Part shown: piece by piece, positions 1-8,187 of the stretch
Numbering within the stretch: position 1 is the first letter of the stretch
Layout of the letters: the number at the start of each line of letters is the position of its first letter
Source of the DNA: a virus
DNA length: 64,000 nt
Reading direction: 5' to 3' (one strand)
Virus record (IMG/VR): IMGVR_UViG_3300032046_005540
Coordinates: 104,268-168,267 of that record
Program-made: the position numbers and the translations under genes
The notes under the pieces: model-generated
Told to the model about the DNA's origin: nothing
Seen by the model: only the letters and a program-made list of their open reading frames with translations
Database searches by the model: none

Positions 1-621
1 CATTGCAAGTTTTGAAGGAAATTGACCTCCAGTTGTTTGATCTAATTCAGTCATTCCATAAGGAATTCCTTTGTATTTTTCTGGATGTTCTTTTTTATCT
101 AAATATTCTTTCCATCTTATCTCAGGATCTTCATCAAGAAGAAGTCTACGAGTAACTTCATTTGAAGAATCGAATGTTTTAATATTTAAAATCTTTCCAG
201 TAATATCTGACAAAGAATTAGAAATATTTCGGTCATTTGCTAAATCTTCTACCATATCAAAAGCAGTATTGTATAGTTCTCTTTTAATTTCTAATTCTTT
301 CAACTCATCCAAATAAAACCTGAACCCAGAATCATCTACAAATGTTTTTGATAACTCTCCATGTAAAGTTAATAAAGTAAATTGAAGATCAGTAGAAAAC
401 TCTTTTTCATTTCTTTTCAAAAACTTCTCTAAAATATCGTAAGATAAAGTTTTATGATATTTTTCAAAATATCTACTTATTAAGTCAAATAACTTTTTAT
501 GATTTTCATCACAAAATGTTGAAACTTTAATTTTAGAAAGAGTTTCCTCTATATAACTAACATCTTTAAGTAGATATGAAAGAATAGTTTTTTCAACTAC
601 ATTATCATTAAATTTTACCAT
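1..621 (-). CDS. dnaB: DnaB-like replicative helicase, N-terminal part (runs off the window edge)
   Basis: Manual translation from ATG at 621: MVKFNDNVVEKTILSYLLKD...KGIPYGMTELDQTTGGQFPSKLAM; the GIPxGxxxLDxxTGG motif precedes Walker A in DnaB; a DnaC-like gene lies 2 kb upstream. Confidence 0.8.
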   Translation of the reverse strand, partial: MVKFNDNVVEKTILSYLLKDVSYIEETLSKIKVSTFCDENHKKLFDLISRYFEKYHKTLSYDILEKFLKRNEKEFSTDLQFTLLTLHGELSKTFVDDSGFRFYLDELKELEIKRELYNTAFDMVEDLANDRNISNSLSDITGKILNIKTFDSSNEVTRRLLLDEDPEIRWKEYLDKKEHPEKYKGIPYGMTELDQTTGGQFPSKLAM

Positions 622-623
622 AT

Positions 624-1361
624 TTATTCACTTTTTTTAGACTTTGGAAAGTTTACAAAAAATGGCATCGCAACATCAAAAGTAAGTCTTGGATCTTTAA
701 AACTTTTAACTACTTCATAATAAGATTTCAAAGGCATTCCATTCCACTTTTTTTCATTCCACAACTTATTTAACTTTGTACCCTTTGCAGGCCTACAATA
801 CATTGCGTGAACTTGAATAATATTAGGAAGAGACAAAGATTGTTCTAATGATTCTCTAAACTCCTTTATAGCAGTTTCATTATCTGTTACATAAGGTTTT
901 GCTAATATATAAATAATATACTCAAAATTTCTATTTTCACTAACTAACTTTTTTACATCTTCAAAATCAAAACCCTTTCCAATCTCTTTACTTCTATTAG
1001 GAAATACCGTCTCTAAACCAATACAAACTTCCATTTCAATTTCAGGTTTTTCATTTGGAATAAATTCAGGTCTTGATTCTACTCTTAATTTTTTAACGCC
1101 ATTTTCTTTTAAATACTTGATAACATCTCTCCAAGAAACTTGCATTTGTTCTAAATCAAAAAAGGATCCAGAATTAAAAATTCTAAAGTATTCAGGATAC
1201 CCTCCATATGTTTCTTTACATGTTTTGAATTGGTCCCAAATATCTTCAGGAGTTGTTTCTGGATCCGTATCTTTTTTGAATCCACAGAAAATGCATCTAC
1301 CCCATCTACAAGGCTTTACTCTTAAGCAAATTGTATTTTTATCCATCCAAACACATTTCAT
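624..1361 (-). CDS. Radical SAM protein, RaSEA-like (archaeosine biosynthesis)
   Basis: CxxxxCxxC-type cluster motif CRWGRCIFC, plus IFNSGSFFD, VESRPEFI and IGLET as in the RaSEA/TIGR01210 family. Confidence 0.8.
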   Translation of the reverse strand: MKCVWMDKNTICLRVKPCRWGRCIFCGFKKDTDPETTPEDIWDQFKTCKETYGGYPEYFRIFNSGSFFDLEQMQVSWRDVIKYLKENGVKKLRVESRPEFIPNEKPEIEMEVCIGLETVFPNRSKEIGKGFDFEDVKKLVSENRNFEYIIYILAKPYVTDNETAIKEFRESLEQSLSLPNIIQVHAMYCRPAKGTKLNKLWNEKKWNGMPLKSYYEVVKSFKDPRLTFDVAMPFFVNFPKSKKSE

Positions 1362-1506
1362 TCATATCCTCCCTCTCTTCTAATCTCCTCAACTCAATAT
1401 CTATCTCTTTAAGTTTTTTACTTTTTTTATCAAGTTCTTTTTCCAAATGAACAATTTGAAGTTCTAATTGACCTTTCTTTCTTTTCAAACAATTGTAGTC
1501 TTTCAT
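1339..1506 (-). CDS. Small coiled-coil hypothetical protein (55 aa)
   Basis: Manual ORF MKDYNCLKRKKGQLELQIVHLEKELDKK...; ATGA overlap with the upstream stop; fills the gap. Confidence 0.5.
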   Translation of the reverse strand: MKDYNCLKRKKGQLELQIVHLEKELDKKSKKLKEIDIELRRLEEREDMNEMCLDG

Positions 1507-2294
1507 ATTATCCCCTTTATTTTTTCAGCTTCGGTAGGAGTATCAATCCCACACAATTTAATAATTTCTAAAAATGGTTCATACCTATGAAAATTCCTAT
1601 ATTCGTCAAATTTATTAATTGAAAAATACTTTTTACATCTTAAATAAACTTGCCACAAATCCGGATACGAATTATTATATTTAAGAACAAACGGATGTTC
1701 CCAAAATTCTTCAGGAACTACTCCAATAGTAGTAATTACTACTTTATAATATTCGTCTAAATTTTCTATTTTCGCATATATCTCCTTATGAGTTTTTGAA
1801 GTGTTATAAGGTCTTTCAGCAGAACAAGACAAAAGTAAACATTTCTTTTTATCAGTTTTAAAACTACTCATTTGATCTAACAATTCACGAATATACAACC
1901 TATTATAAGAATGGAAACTTGATACCATTATCTTTTTATCTTCAGGTAAAATATCTTTAGTAACCCCTTTCAAATCAACTTGCATTAGAATATCAGAACA
2001 AATAGGAGTAAAAGAAGCAAACATTTCTATTAAATCACGAAGACAACCTTTTTCTTTTGCCCTCTCTATCCAATTCAAAATTTCTTCAATAGAATAAATA
2101 GACCATAATCCATAATTAATATCTTTGTGAACACTTTCTTTTTCAACCTCATGACCAAAATAAATCAAAAACGGAACTTGACTTAATGGTGCGTTCTTTA
2201 CAAACCACTTCTCTTTCAACCCACGAGAAGCAAAAGATTTGAGTGCGGTTCCATTATAAACAAAAGGATATTTTTTAAAATCAACGGTTTTCAT
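1503..2294 (-). CDS. ArcS-like / DUF5591-domain protein (archaeosine synthase-like)
   Basis: LLLSCSAERPYNTSKTH resembles the ArcS LLPCSxxKPYSxSxSH motif, followed by GVVPEE; near the RaSEA-like gene. Confidence 0.7.
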   Translation of the reverse strand: MKTVDFKKYPFVYNGTALKSFASRGLKEKWFVKNAPLSQVPFLIYFGHEVEKESVHKDINYGLWSIYSIEEILNWIERAKEKGCLRDLIEMFASFTPICSDILMQVDLKGVTKDILPEDKKIMVSSFHSYNRLYIRELLDQMSSFKTDKKKCLLLSCSAERPYNTSKTHKEIYAKIENLDEYYKVVITTIGVVPEEFWEHPFVLKYNNSYPDLWQVYLRCKKYFSINKFDEYRNFHRYEPFLEIIKLCGIDTPTEAEKIKGII

Positions 2295-2461
2295 ATTGCC
2301 TTAATAAAAGTTTTTATTGCTTTACAAATTTCACAATGAGTAACAAAAGACTTTGCAGGTTTATTCTTTCTTTTAAATCCTAAAAATTTTCCTCTCCATT
2401 CCGCCACTATATCGATTTTTACATTACCACATTGCTCACATTTGTATGAAATAGCTTTCAT
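2291..2461 (-). CDS. Small zinc-ribbon protein (56 aa)
   Basis: Manual ORF MKAISYKCEQCGN...HCEICKA with two CxxC pairs; GGAGG RBS; ATGA overlap with the next gene. Confidence 0.6.
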   Translation of the reverse strand: MKAISYKCEQCGNVKIDIVAEWRGKFLGFKRKNKPAKSFVTHCEICKAIKTFIKAI

Positions 2462-2462
2462 T

Positions 2463-2777
2463 TTATTTACCTCCTAAATTTTCAAATTCCTCGCAAGCTT
2501 TTTTAAAAACTTCTTTTTTTGTTTTTCTATTATAAATAAAACTTTTACTGCCTAAACATTCTTCTACTTCATTCTCTTCGATTTTTTTAAATATTATAAA
2601 TTCAGGTTCATAATATTTTGAATCTCCTCTACCACACCAAGCAGTTTTTCCACCTACCTTACATAACATACCAATTTCTGTTTCTTTTATAATTTCTACA
2701 TTCGCTCCGAAATCTACCCCAGGCACTTCTATACAATTTTTTCCTTTTTCGTTAGTATATCTTTTTATAGTAGCCAT
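2463..2777 (-). CDS. Hypothetical protein
   Basis: ORF track; tightly packed with neighbours. Confidence 0.7.
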   Translation of the reverse strand: MATIKRYTNEKGKNCIEVPGVDFGANVEIIKETEIGMLCKVGGKTAWCGRGDSKYYEPEFIIFKKIEENEVEECLGSKSFIYNRKTKKEVFKKACEEFENLGGK

Positions 2778-3520
2778 TATTTTTCTCCTAACAATTCTTT
2801 TTTAATATCTTTTAAAATCTCAGGACGAAAACTTTCACCAACTAAAGGAACATTGATCAATCTCTCTGAAAAAATTTCATAAATAGTTTTACCAAAGCCT
2901 TCTAAAACTTTTGAAGGTTCCTTATTAGAAGTTACAATAAATGGTTTTCCCGAATAATACCTTTTCTTAAACAACTCATCTAACAAAGTATCAATCAATT
3001 CTGTTTTATATTTTTTGTCTATTTCATCTACGAGTAAAAAATCCACATCTTCTATAATATAGAAAAGAAATTCTTTTGTTCTCATATCTCTTAATGCGGT
3101 ATGAGCTAAATTTATCAATTCCGAAAGAAGAATAAAATGAGCTTTATATTTTTGAGTCAAAGCCTTTTTCAAAATTGAACATCCAATAAAACTTTTACCA
3201 ACACCATAAGAACCATGAATAAACAAACCAGAACCTGTTTCGACAACTTTAGATAAATTTTCCGAATACTTACCAATAATTTCTAATGAACCGCTATTTT
3301 TATCTAAAAATGGTGAAGTAAAGTATTTAAAATCAAGTTCCAAATCCCAATAACTTCTAGGAATATTTGCATTAAGCATATCTACATAACGCCGAAACTC
3401 ATCAATACAACTACACAATTTAAAACCTTCAGGAGTTAAATAACGACCTTTACCTTCACATTTAGAACAATTGTCTAAAATCTTTATTTTTAATTTTTCT
3501 ACATCTTGAACGGAATACAT
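2777..3520 (-). CDS. dnaC: DnaC/IstB-like helicase loader ATPase
   Basis: N-terminal CxxC...CxC; Walker A GSYGVGKS; Walker B LLVDEID; IVTSN. Confidence 0.85.
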   Translation of the reverse strand: MYSVQDVEKLKIKILDNCSKCEGKGRYLTPEGFKLCSCIDEFRRYVDMLNANIPRSYWDLELDFKYFTSPFLDKNSGSLEIIGKYSENLSKVVETGSGLFIHGSYGVGKSFIGCSILKKALTQKYKAHFILLSELINLAHTALRDMRTKEFLFYIIEDVDFLLVDEIDKKYKTELIDTLLDELFKKRYYSGKPFIVTSNKEPSKVLEGFGKTIYEIFSERLINVPLVGESFRPEILKDIKKELLGEK

Positions 3521-3549
3521 TTATTCCTCTTTACTTTTATCAAAACAGA

Positions 3550-3705
3550 TTAATTACCTTCTTTAATTCCCAGTTCCTTCCATTCTCTTTTTTTCAATAT
3601 ATCACAAGCTTCACCTAAACATAAGTTAAATTTTTCACATATTTGACATATATCCAACCCTTCTTTGAATGCTTTATAAACTTGATCTTCTAATGTCTGT
3701 TCCAT
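3550..3705 (-). CDS. Small HTH-like hypothetical protein
   Basis: Likely start MEQTLE after an AAGGAG RBS; short helical protein. Confidence 0.5.
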   Translation of the reverse strand: MEQTLEDQVYKAFKEGLDICQICEKFNLCLGEACDILKKREWKELGIKEGN

Positions 3706-3716
3706 TTTTATCTCCT

Positions 3717-4259
3717 TTATCTTATAATAACCTTTGTTCCAACCATTACATTTCTCCATACTATTTCTAAATCTATATCCTCTAATCTAATACAACCATG
3801 CGAAACTCTTCCCTGAACTCTTGCTCCTCTAATACCATGAATTCCCACTTCACCTCCTAAATCTAACTTATACTTTCCTAAATGATTCCTTATAATTCTA
3901 CTTGGATCATTAGGTGGAGGAATTGGTTTTCCTTCTTCTATAAATGCCCAATCTGGTTTTCTCCAAATTGGATTTCGAATTTTAGCTACAACCTTTCTTT
4001 CTCCCGAAGGAGTTCCAAATTTCCAAACTTTGTTTCCATATTTAAGAATTTTCCCTGTTCCTATTCCACATTTAGCTTTCCAAATTGTATCAGCATCTAT
4101 TATCAAATATAAAGTCTGAGAGGTCTTATCAATTAATATATAAGTTTTAGTTGAGTCTATTGTTCGGTCATGGTAATCTACTATTCCAACTCCATAACTT
4201 TTTTGGAAGCTAAAAAGTAAACTAAAAATAATAAGACTTAAAAAAATAGTTTTAGACAT
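3717..4259 (-). CDS. L,D-transpeptidase (YkuD family) with signal peptide
   Basis: Hydrophobic N-terminus; TPSG; GIHG...SHGCIRL catalytic motif; VGTKVII terminus. Confidence 0.9.
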   Translation of the reverse strand: MSKTIFLSLIIFSLLFSFQKSYGVGIVDYHDRTIDSTKTYILIDKTSQTLYLIIDADTIWKAKCGIGTGKILKYGNKVWKFGTPSGERKVVAKIRNPIWRKPDWAFIEEGKPIPPPNDPSRIIRNHLGKYKLDLGGEVGIHGIRGARVQGRVSHGCIRLEDIDLEIVWRNVMVGTKVIIR

Positions 4260-4270
4260 AATTCATCTAT

Positions 4271-4378
4271 TCAAGAAAATAACCAATCTATAAATTTACT
4301 AACAAACCACCAAATACCAAAAACCATTAATATACCTATAATAGGAATAAACAAAAGTAATACACCTTTAAATATCAT
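4271..4378 (-). CDS. Small single-TM membrane protein (35 aa)
   Basis: Manual ORF MIFKGVLLLFIPIIGILMVFGIWWFVSKFIDWLFS. Confidence 0.45.
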   Translation of the reverse strand: MIFKGVLLLFIPIIGILMVFGIWWFVSKFIDWLFS

Positions 4379-4529
4379 ATACTTTTCCTTTTCGTTGTTT
4401 TCTTCTTATCAAAAAATACACTAACAAAAATACAATAACAACAGGATTTTGAATACATAACCAAAGAGTAGCTACACAAAGTATAATTGTTAAAAAGATA
4501 TGTAAAAATTTTAAAAATATATTAATCAT
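4368..4529 (-). CDS. Small membrane protein (53 aa) with basic C-terminal tail
   Basis: Manual ORF MINIFLKFLHIFLTIILCVATLWLCIQNPVVIVFLLVYFLIRRKQRKGKVYDI; TAATG overlap with the upstream stop. Confidence 0.5.
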   Translation of the reverse strand: MINIFLKFLHIFLTIILCVATLWLCIQNPVVIVFLLVYFLIRRKQRKGKVYDI

Positions 4530-4729
4530 TACTTTTCTTCTTTTTTCTTAAGACGAACAAATTTCATTCCTTGGTTTTCATAAACTTCAGCAGAACCTTC
4601 CAACAACAATATTGGTAATTCATTAAGATCCACAAATCCGTTTGAATATCTTCCATCAATCCAACGGATATCTTCTTTTTCTAAAATCTTCAAAATGTTC
4701 TTTTTTGTCATTAGTTCTCCTTTTACCAA
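4529..4729 (-). CDS. Hypothetical protein
   Basis: ORF track; packed between neighbours. Confidence 0.55.
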   Translation of the reverse strand: MVKGELMTKKNILKILEKEDIRWIDGRYSNGFVDLNELPILLLEGSAEVYENQGMKFVRLKKKEEK

Positions 4730-4953
4730 TTAATGAAGTCATCTTTCTCTTTTGCAACCTCTTCGTTAAGAGAGTCTAAAGATATCTTTATACAATCTTT
4801 AAAACCATAAGCATACATTTTATCGTCTACAACTTCTCCCTTTTCGTCAAAAGCGAAGAATGAACCTACAAAACAAACTTCTCCTTTGTATTTCTCTATA
4901 AAATCTTCAATTGCTTTTTCTATTGCTTGAAAGTTATTTTTTGCTTTTTTCAT
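4723..4953 (-). CDS. Hypothetical acidic protein
   Basis: ORF track; GAGGTG RBS. Confidence 0.65.
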   Translation of the reverse strand: MKKAKNNFQAIEKAIEDFIEKYKGEVCFVGSFFAFDEKGEVVDDKMYAYGFKDCIKISLDSLNEEVAKEKDDFINW

Positions 4954-5506
4954 TTTTATTCACCTCCTCTTTTCCTAAAGATTTTTTCAACTTCTCTTTT
5001 AACTCTTCTCCAGATAATTGACTCTTCGGTAAATTTTCAATTTTAGTATCCTCTATCCTATTATACACCCTTTCACTTCGCTTGGAGACAAAATTTTTAT
5101 AATTTTTTAGTTGATCGTCACTTGTTATCAATCCCATCTTAATTTTGTAATTCTCGTTTGCAGTTTCAAATAAAAAATCAATAAAGTCCTTAAATTGTTC
5201 TTTGGATAAATTTTTGTTCCTTTTCCAAAAGTTAGTAATTTTGAACGCCTCCAACCTAAAGGAAGCTGAAGATTCCATAACATATGTTTCTCCATAAGCT
5301 TCTTTATACTTCTTTAGAAAATAACGGATAAAGTGTTGACAATTCCATTCTTCCACATGAATATTCAAATCCATATCTTTGTGGTTCTTTGTGGAAAACA
5401 CTTTAGGTTCTTCAAAGTCAAGCTGGTTCTTTAGGCGTTTAAGCTCCTTTTGCTGCTTTTCTAAAGTATGTAGTAGTAGGTTATATTCGATAGGGTCAAT
5501 TTGCAT
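4934..5506 (-). CDS. Hypothetical helical protein, possibly replication-associated
   Basis: ORF track; lies upstream of the DnaC-like gene. Confidence 0.6.
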   Translation of the reverse strand: MQIDPIEYNLLLHTLEKQQKELKRLKNQLDFEEPKVFSTKNHKDMDLNIHVEEWNCQHFIRYFLKKYKEAYGETYVMESSASFRLEAFKITNFWKRNKNLSKEQFKDFIDFLFETANENYKIKMGLITSDDQLKNYKNFVSKRSERVYNRIEDTKIENLPKSQLSGEELKEKLKKSLGKEEVNKNEKSKK

Positions 5507-5526
5507 TTAAGTTTCTTATTCCACTT

Positions 5527-5847
5527 TTAATTTTGAAGATATTTATCTATTACCTTTTTAAACTCTTCGTTCATTAAAACATTATTTTTTTCAAGTAACT
5601 TTTCCGCTAACTCTTTAAAAATATCTAAAGGTAATCCCGTCCCTAAAAGCCCTTTTTTAAAAGGAACACTTTGTCCTTTTGCGTCTTTTACATTTTTCCA
5701 ATCTAATACACTATATTTTAAAAAAGTCAAAATTCGATTTATAGGGGAACCTTTTAATTTAAGCCAATTTATACCAGCTACAGGAGTAAGTTTTTGACAA
5801 ATAAAAGTTGCACCCTCAATTTCAATAGTAAATTTTTCATTAATCAT
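5527..5847 (-). CDS. Hypothetical protein resembling tail-assembly chaperones
   Basis: VLDWKNVKDAKGQSVPF recalls the xxxWxNVxDxxGxxxPF pattern of phage tail chaperones; AAGGAG RBS. Confidence 0.45.
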   Translation of the reverse strand: MINEKFTIEIEGATFICQKLTPVAGINWLKLKGSPINRILTFLKYSVLDWKNVKDAKGQSVPFKKGLLGTGLPLDIFKELAEKLLEKNNVLMNEEFKKVIDKYLQN

Positions 5848-5903
5848 AAAATTATATTCTCCTTTCTATTCTATAAATAGTTATGAATAATCCCCTTTAT
5901 TTA

Positions 5904-6347
5904 TTATTTAATGATCTCTCGGTCTTCGGCAACCCAATCTAACCAACTAACTCCTGTATGGGGGTTATTTCCAGCATCAACCAAAAAATGTTTGAAATAT
6001 TTCTTCTCTGGATAGTTAAGGTTTGTTTGATTTAAGAATGCTTCTTTTGAATCAAATATCTCTATAAAAACCCATCCGTTACTCTCTGCCATATAGTTAG
6101 TTTTAAGATAAGAGGCAAGCGTTAGAACTTCTTCTTTAGTAGCTTTTTCAGATACTAAAATTACTTTTCGTGATCCAAGTCCATAGTCCCTAAATACTTC
6201 ATATTTAATGAGAAGTTGTTCTACTTTTTCTTGCAATTGATATTGCCCAGATGGCAAGTTGTTATTTTTAGGATCATTTCCACAAGAAAGACTGAAAAGA
6301 AATATTCCTAACAAAAAAATACCCAAAACTTCTTCTATCCATTTCAT
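5904..6347 (-). CDS. Putative lipoprotein
   Basis: Likely start MKWIEEVLGIFLLGIFLFSLSC-GND (hydrophobic stretch plus lipobox-like Cys) after AGGAGG. Confidence 0.65.
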   Translation of the reverse strand: MKWIEEVLGIFLLGIFLFSLSCGNDPKNNNLPSGQYQLQEKVEQLLIKYEVFRDYGLGSRKVILVSEKATKEEVLTLASYLKTNYMAESNGWVFIEIFDSKEAFLNQTNLNYPEKKYFKHFLVDAGNNPHTGVSWLDWVAEDREIIK

Positions 6348-6373
6348 AACTTTTCCTCCTTTTTTTAATGCTT

Positions 6374-7081
6374 TTACATCCTTCCAATAGGTAGAACACA
6401 ACCAATACCTATACCTACATCCCAATTACCATGATTTTTAGAATACATATCATAACCAAAATTCAAATTTAAAGGGCCCATTCCAACAATACATCCAAAA
6501 GATATTCCTAATTTATTATTAGACTTCATTGATTCTTCATCTGGATTATCTTTAAGAAGATAGTCATTTTGCCAAACCCTAAATGTATCATCATGATATT
6601 TTCGATAATTTGTCCAACCATACCATCTTAAAGCCACATACGGGATTACTATATTACCCCCATATTTTTTAAAAATTTCTGGAGTATAGTTATCTCCCAA
6701 TAAAATAGAATGAGATACACCTATACCTACAGAACGAGATTCTTTTTGAATTCCCATGAATTTACTTTTATAAAAATGTTCCACTCTATCTATAGAAAAA
6801 TTATAAACTTTATTCTGATCAACAAATTTACTAACTTTCCCATCAAAATATAAACCCCACTCATGAGGTCCTGTAACTACAAAATAAAATCCTAAAGGTT
6901 GCTCTGGAAATCCTCCCACATAACCTACACCTATATAACTTGGGGTACTTTCCAACTCTGCTCCATGAGATTTTGAAACTCCTAACAAACATACACATCC
7001 TGCACATACACAGAATAACAAGAAAATCAATGCTAATACTACTCCTATTGTTGCTCCAAATCCTTTTCTTACACTACCCAT
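6374..7081 (-). CDS. Exported protein, possible outer-membrane beta-barrel
   Basis: Long hydrophobic N-terminus; alternating Gly/aromatic strands (YIGVGYVG, WGLYFDGK, LNLNFGYD, WDVGIGIG). Confidence 0.55.
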   Translation of the reverse strand: MGSVRKGFGATIGVVLALIFLLFCVCAGCVCLLGVSKSHGAELESTPSYIGVGYVGGFPEQPLGFYFVVTGPHEWGLYFDGKVSKFVDQNKVYNFSIDRVEHFYKSKFMGIQKESRSVGIGVSHSILLGDNYTPEIFKKYGGNIVIPYVALRWYGWTNYRKYHDDTFRVWQNDYLLKDNPDEESMKSNNKLGISFGCIVGMGPLNLNFGYDMYSKNHGNWDVGIGIGCVLPIGRM

Positions 7082-7109
7082 GACTTACCTCCTTATTTAA
7101 TGTTAATAT

Positions 7110-7123
7110 ATTATACACAAAAT
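7110..7123 (-). promoter_or_regulatory. Extended -10 promoter motif ATTTTGTGTATAAT, copy 1
   Basis: Exact 14-mer (TGn-TATAAT) about 30 nt upstream of the ATG at 7081, followed by AAGGAGG; four identical copies seen. Confidence 0.75.
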
Positions 7124-7162
7124 CATAGGAGGGAGTGCTATTTATTTACTTTTTTAAAGTCT

Positions 7163-7687
7163 CTATAATACAATTTTTAATACTTTCTTCTCCTTTAAAT
7201 CTAATTCATTCTCCAATCTACTATTCAAATGTCTTTTCATATCAAAACATCCTTTTGCCCCTTTAAACCAAAACTCAAATCTGTCTTCATGCAATTCTGC
7301 TTTTTTCAAAATTCTTTTTGTATTATGATAAGGAGCCAAAACAACAACCCGATTATATTTTGAAAAATCAGGGTGACTTTGTTTTATTTTTTCACTCATT
7401 TCATTCATAGTTTTCTTATTAAATTCATCAATTCGTTGCCTTTCTTCTTTAGATATATCTCTCATATATCGGGGGTATTCTTGCCAAGTATCATTGTATG
7501 GTTCAATTAAAGTATCAGGATTTAAAAACCCATATTTAGAAGATAAAATTACAATATCTGCTTTCAATTGTTCTGCGATACTTTTACATAATCTAAATTG
7601 AGGAGATATAGAATAACATTCTATCGCTTTTGTGGGTGCTTTTGTTTTACTTTTAGAACAACCAATAATACATAAAATTTTATTCAT
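7163..7687 (-). CDS. DUF6884-like protein
   Basis: IIGCSKSK...ILSSKYGFL...IEPYND pattern. Confidence 0.65.
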   Translation of the reverse strand: MNKILCIIGCSKSKTKAPTKAIECYSISPQFRLCKSIAEQLKADIVILSSKYGFLNPDTLIEPYNDTWQEYPRYMRDISKEERQRIDEFNKKTMNEMSEKIKQSHPDFSKYNRVVVLAPYHNTKRILKKAELHEDRFEFWFKGAKGCFDMKRHLNSRLENELDLKEKKVLKIVL

Positions 7688-7694
7688 TTCTAAC

Positions 7695-8075
7695 CTAACC
7701 TCTATTAAGTGGGGGGTGTGTAAAATGATCTCCTTCGAATTTTTTCAACAACATATTTTCTAAATCTCTCGCTTCTTTTTTAGTATCAACAGAAATAATT
7801 AAAACATACTTTTTCCCTTTTACTCGTAAAAATCTATTTATTCTTTTATTTGTTTCTTGAGATGGTCCAGGATTATAATATCCACTCCACCTTATTCTTA
7901 CATCATCGTCTGCTTTTCCAAGATATAAAATATCCGATCCTCCCACTGGATGATTAAGAACTTTATCCCAAAAAATAACATAAACCGCAGGGCATTTAGG
8001 AAATGTTCCAATGTTTTCCCTAGTAAGAAGAAAACATTTACACTCATACATTTCCTGTAACTCTTTGCTGTTCAT
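7695..8075 (-). CDS. GIY-YIG nuclease family protein
   Basis: AVY...LYLGKA...RxR, later LE...PPLN. Confidence 0.75.
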   Translation of the reverse strand: MNSKELQEMYECKCFLLTRENIGTFPKCPAVYVIFWDKVLNHPVGGSDILYLGKADDDVRIRWSGYYNPGPSQETNKRINRFLRVKGKKYVLIISVDTKKEARDLENMLLKKFEGDHFTHPPLNRG

Positions 8076-8106
8076 AATCTCCTCCTTTGTTTTTGTTCTT
8101 TAATCT

Positions 8107-8120
8107 ATTATACACAAAAT
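8107..8120 (-). promoter_or_regulatory. Extended -10 promoter motif ATTTTGTGTATAAT, copy 2
   Basis: Same 14-mer upstream of AGGAGG and the ATG at 8075. Confidence 0.75.
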
Positions 8121-8187
8121 ACAGGAGATAGATGCCCCCTATTATAATAAAATACAATAAAATCCACTAAATTTAACACTTTTATTA

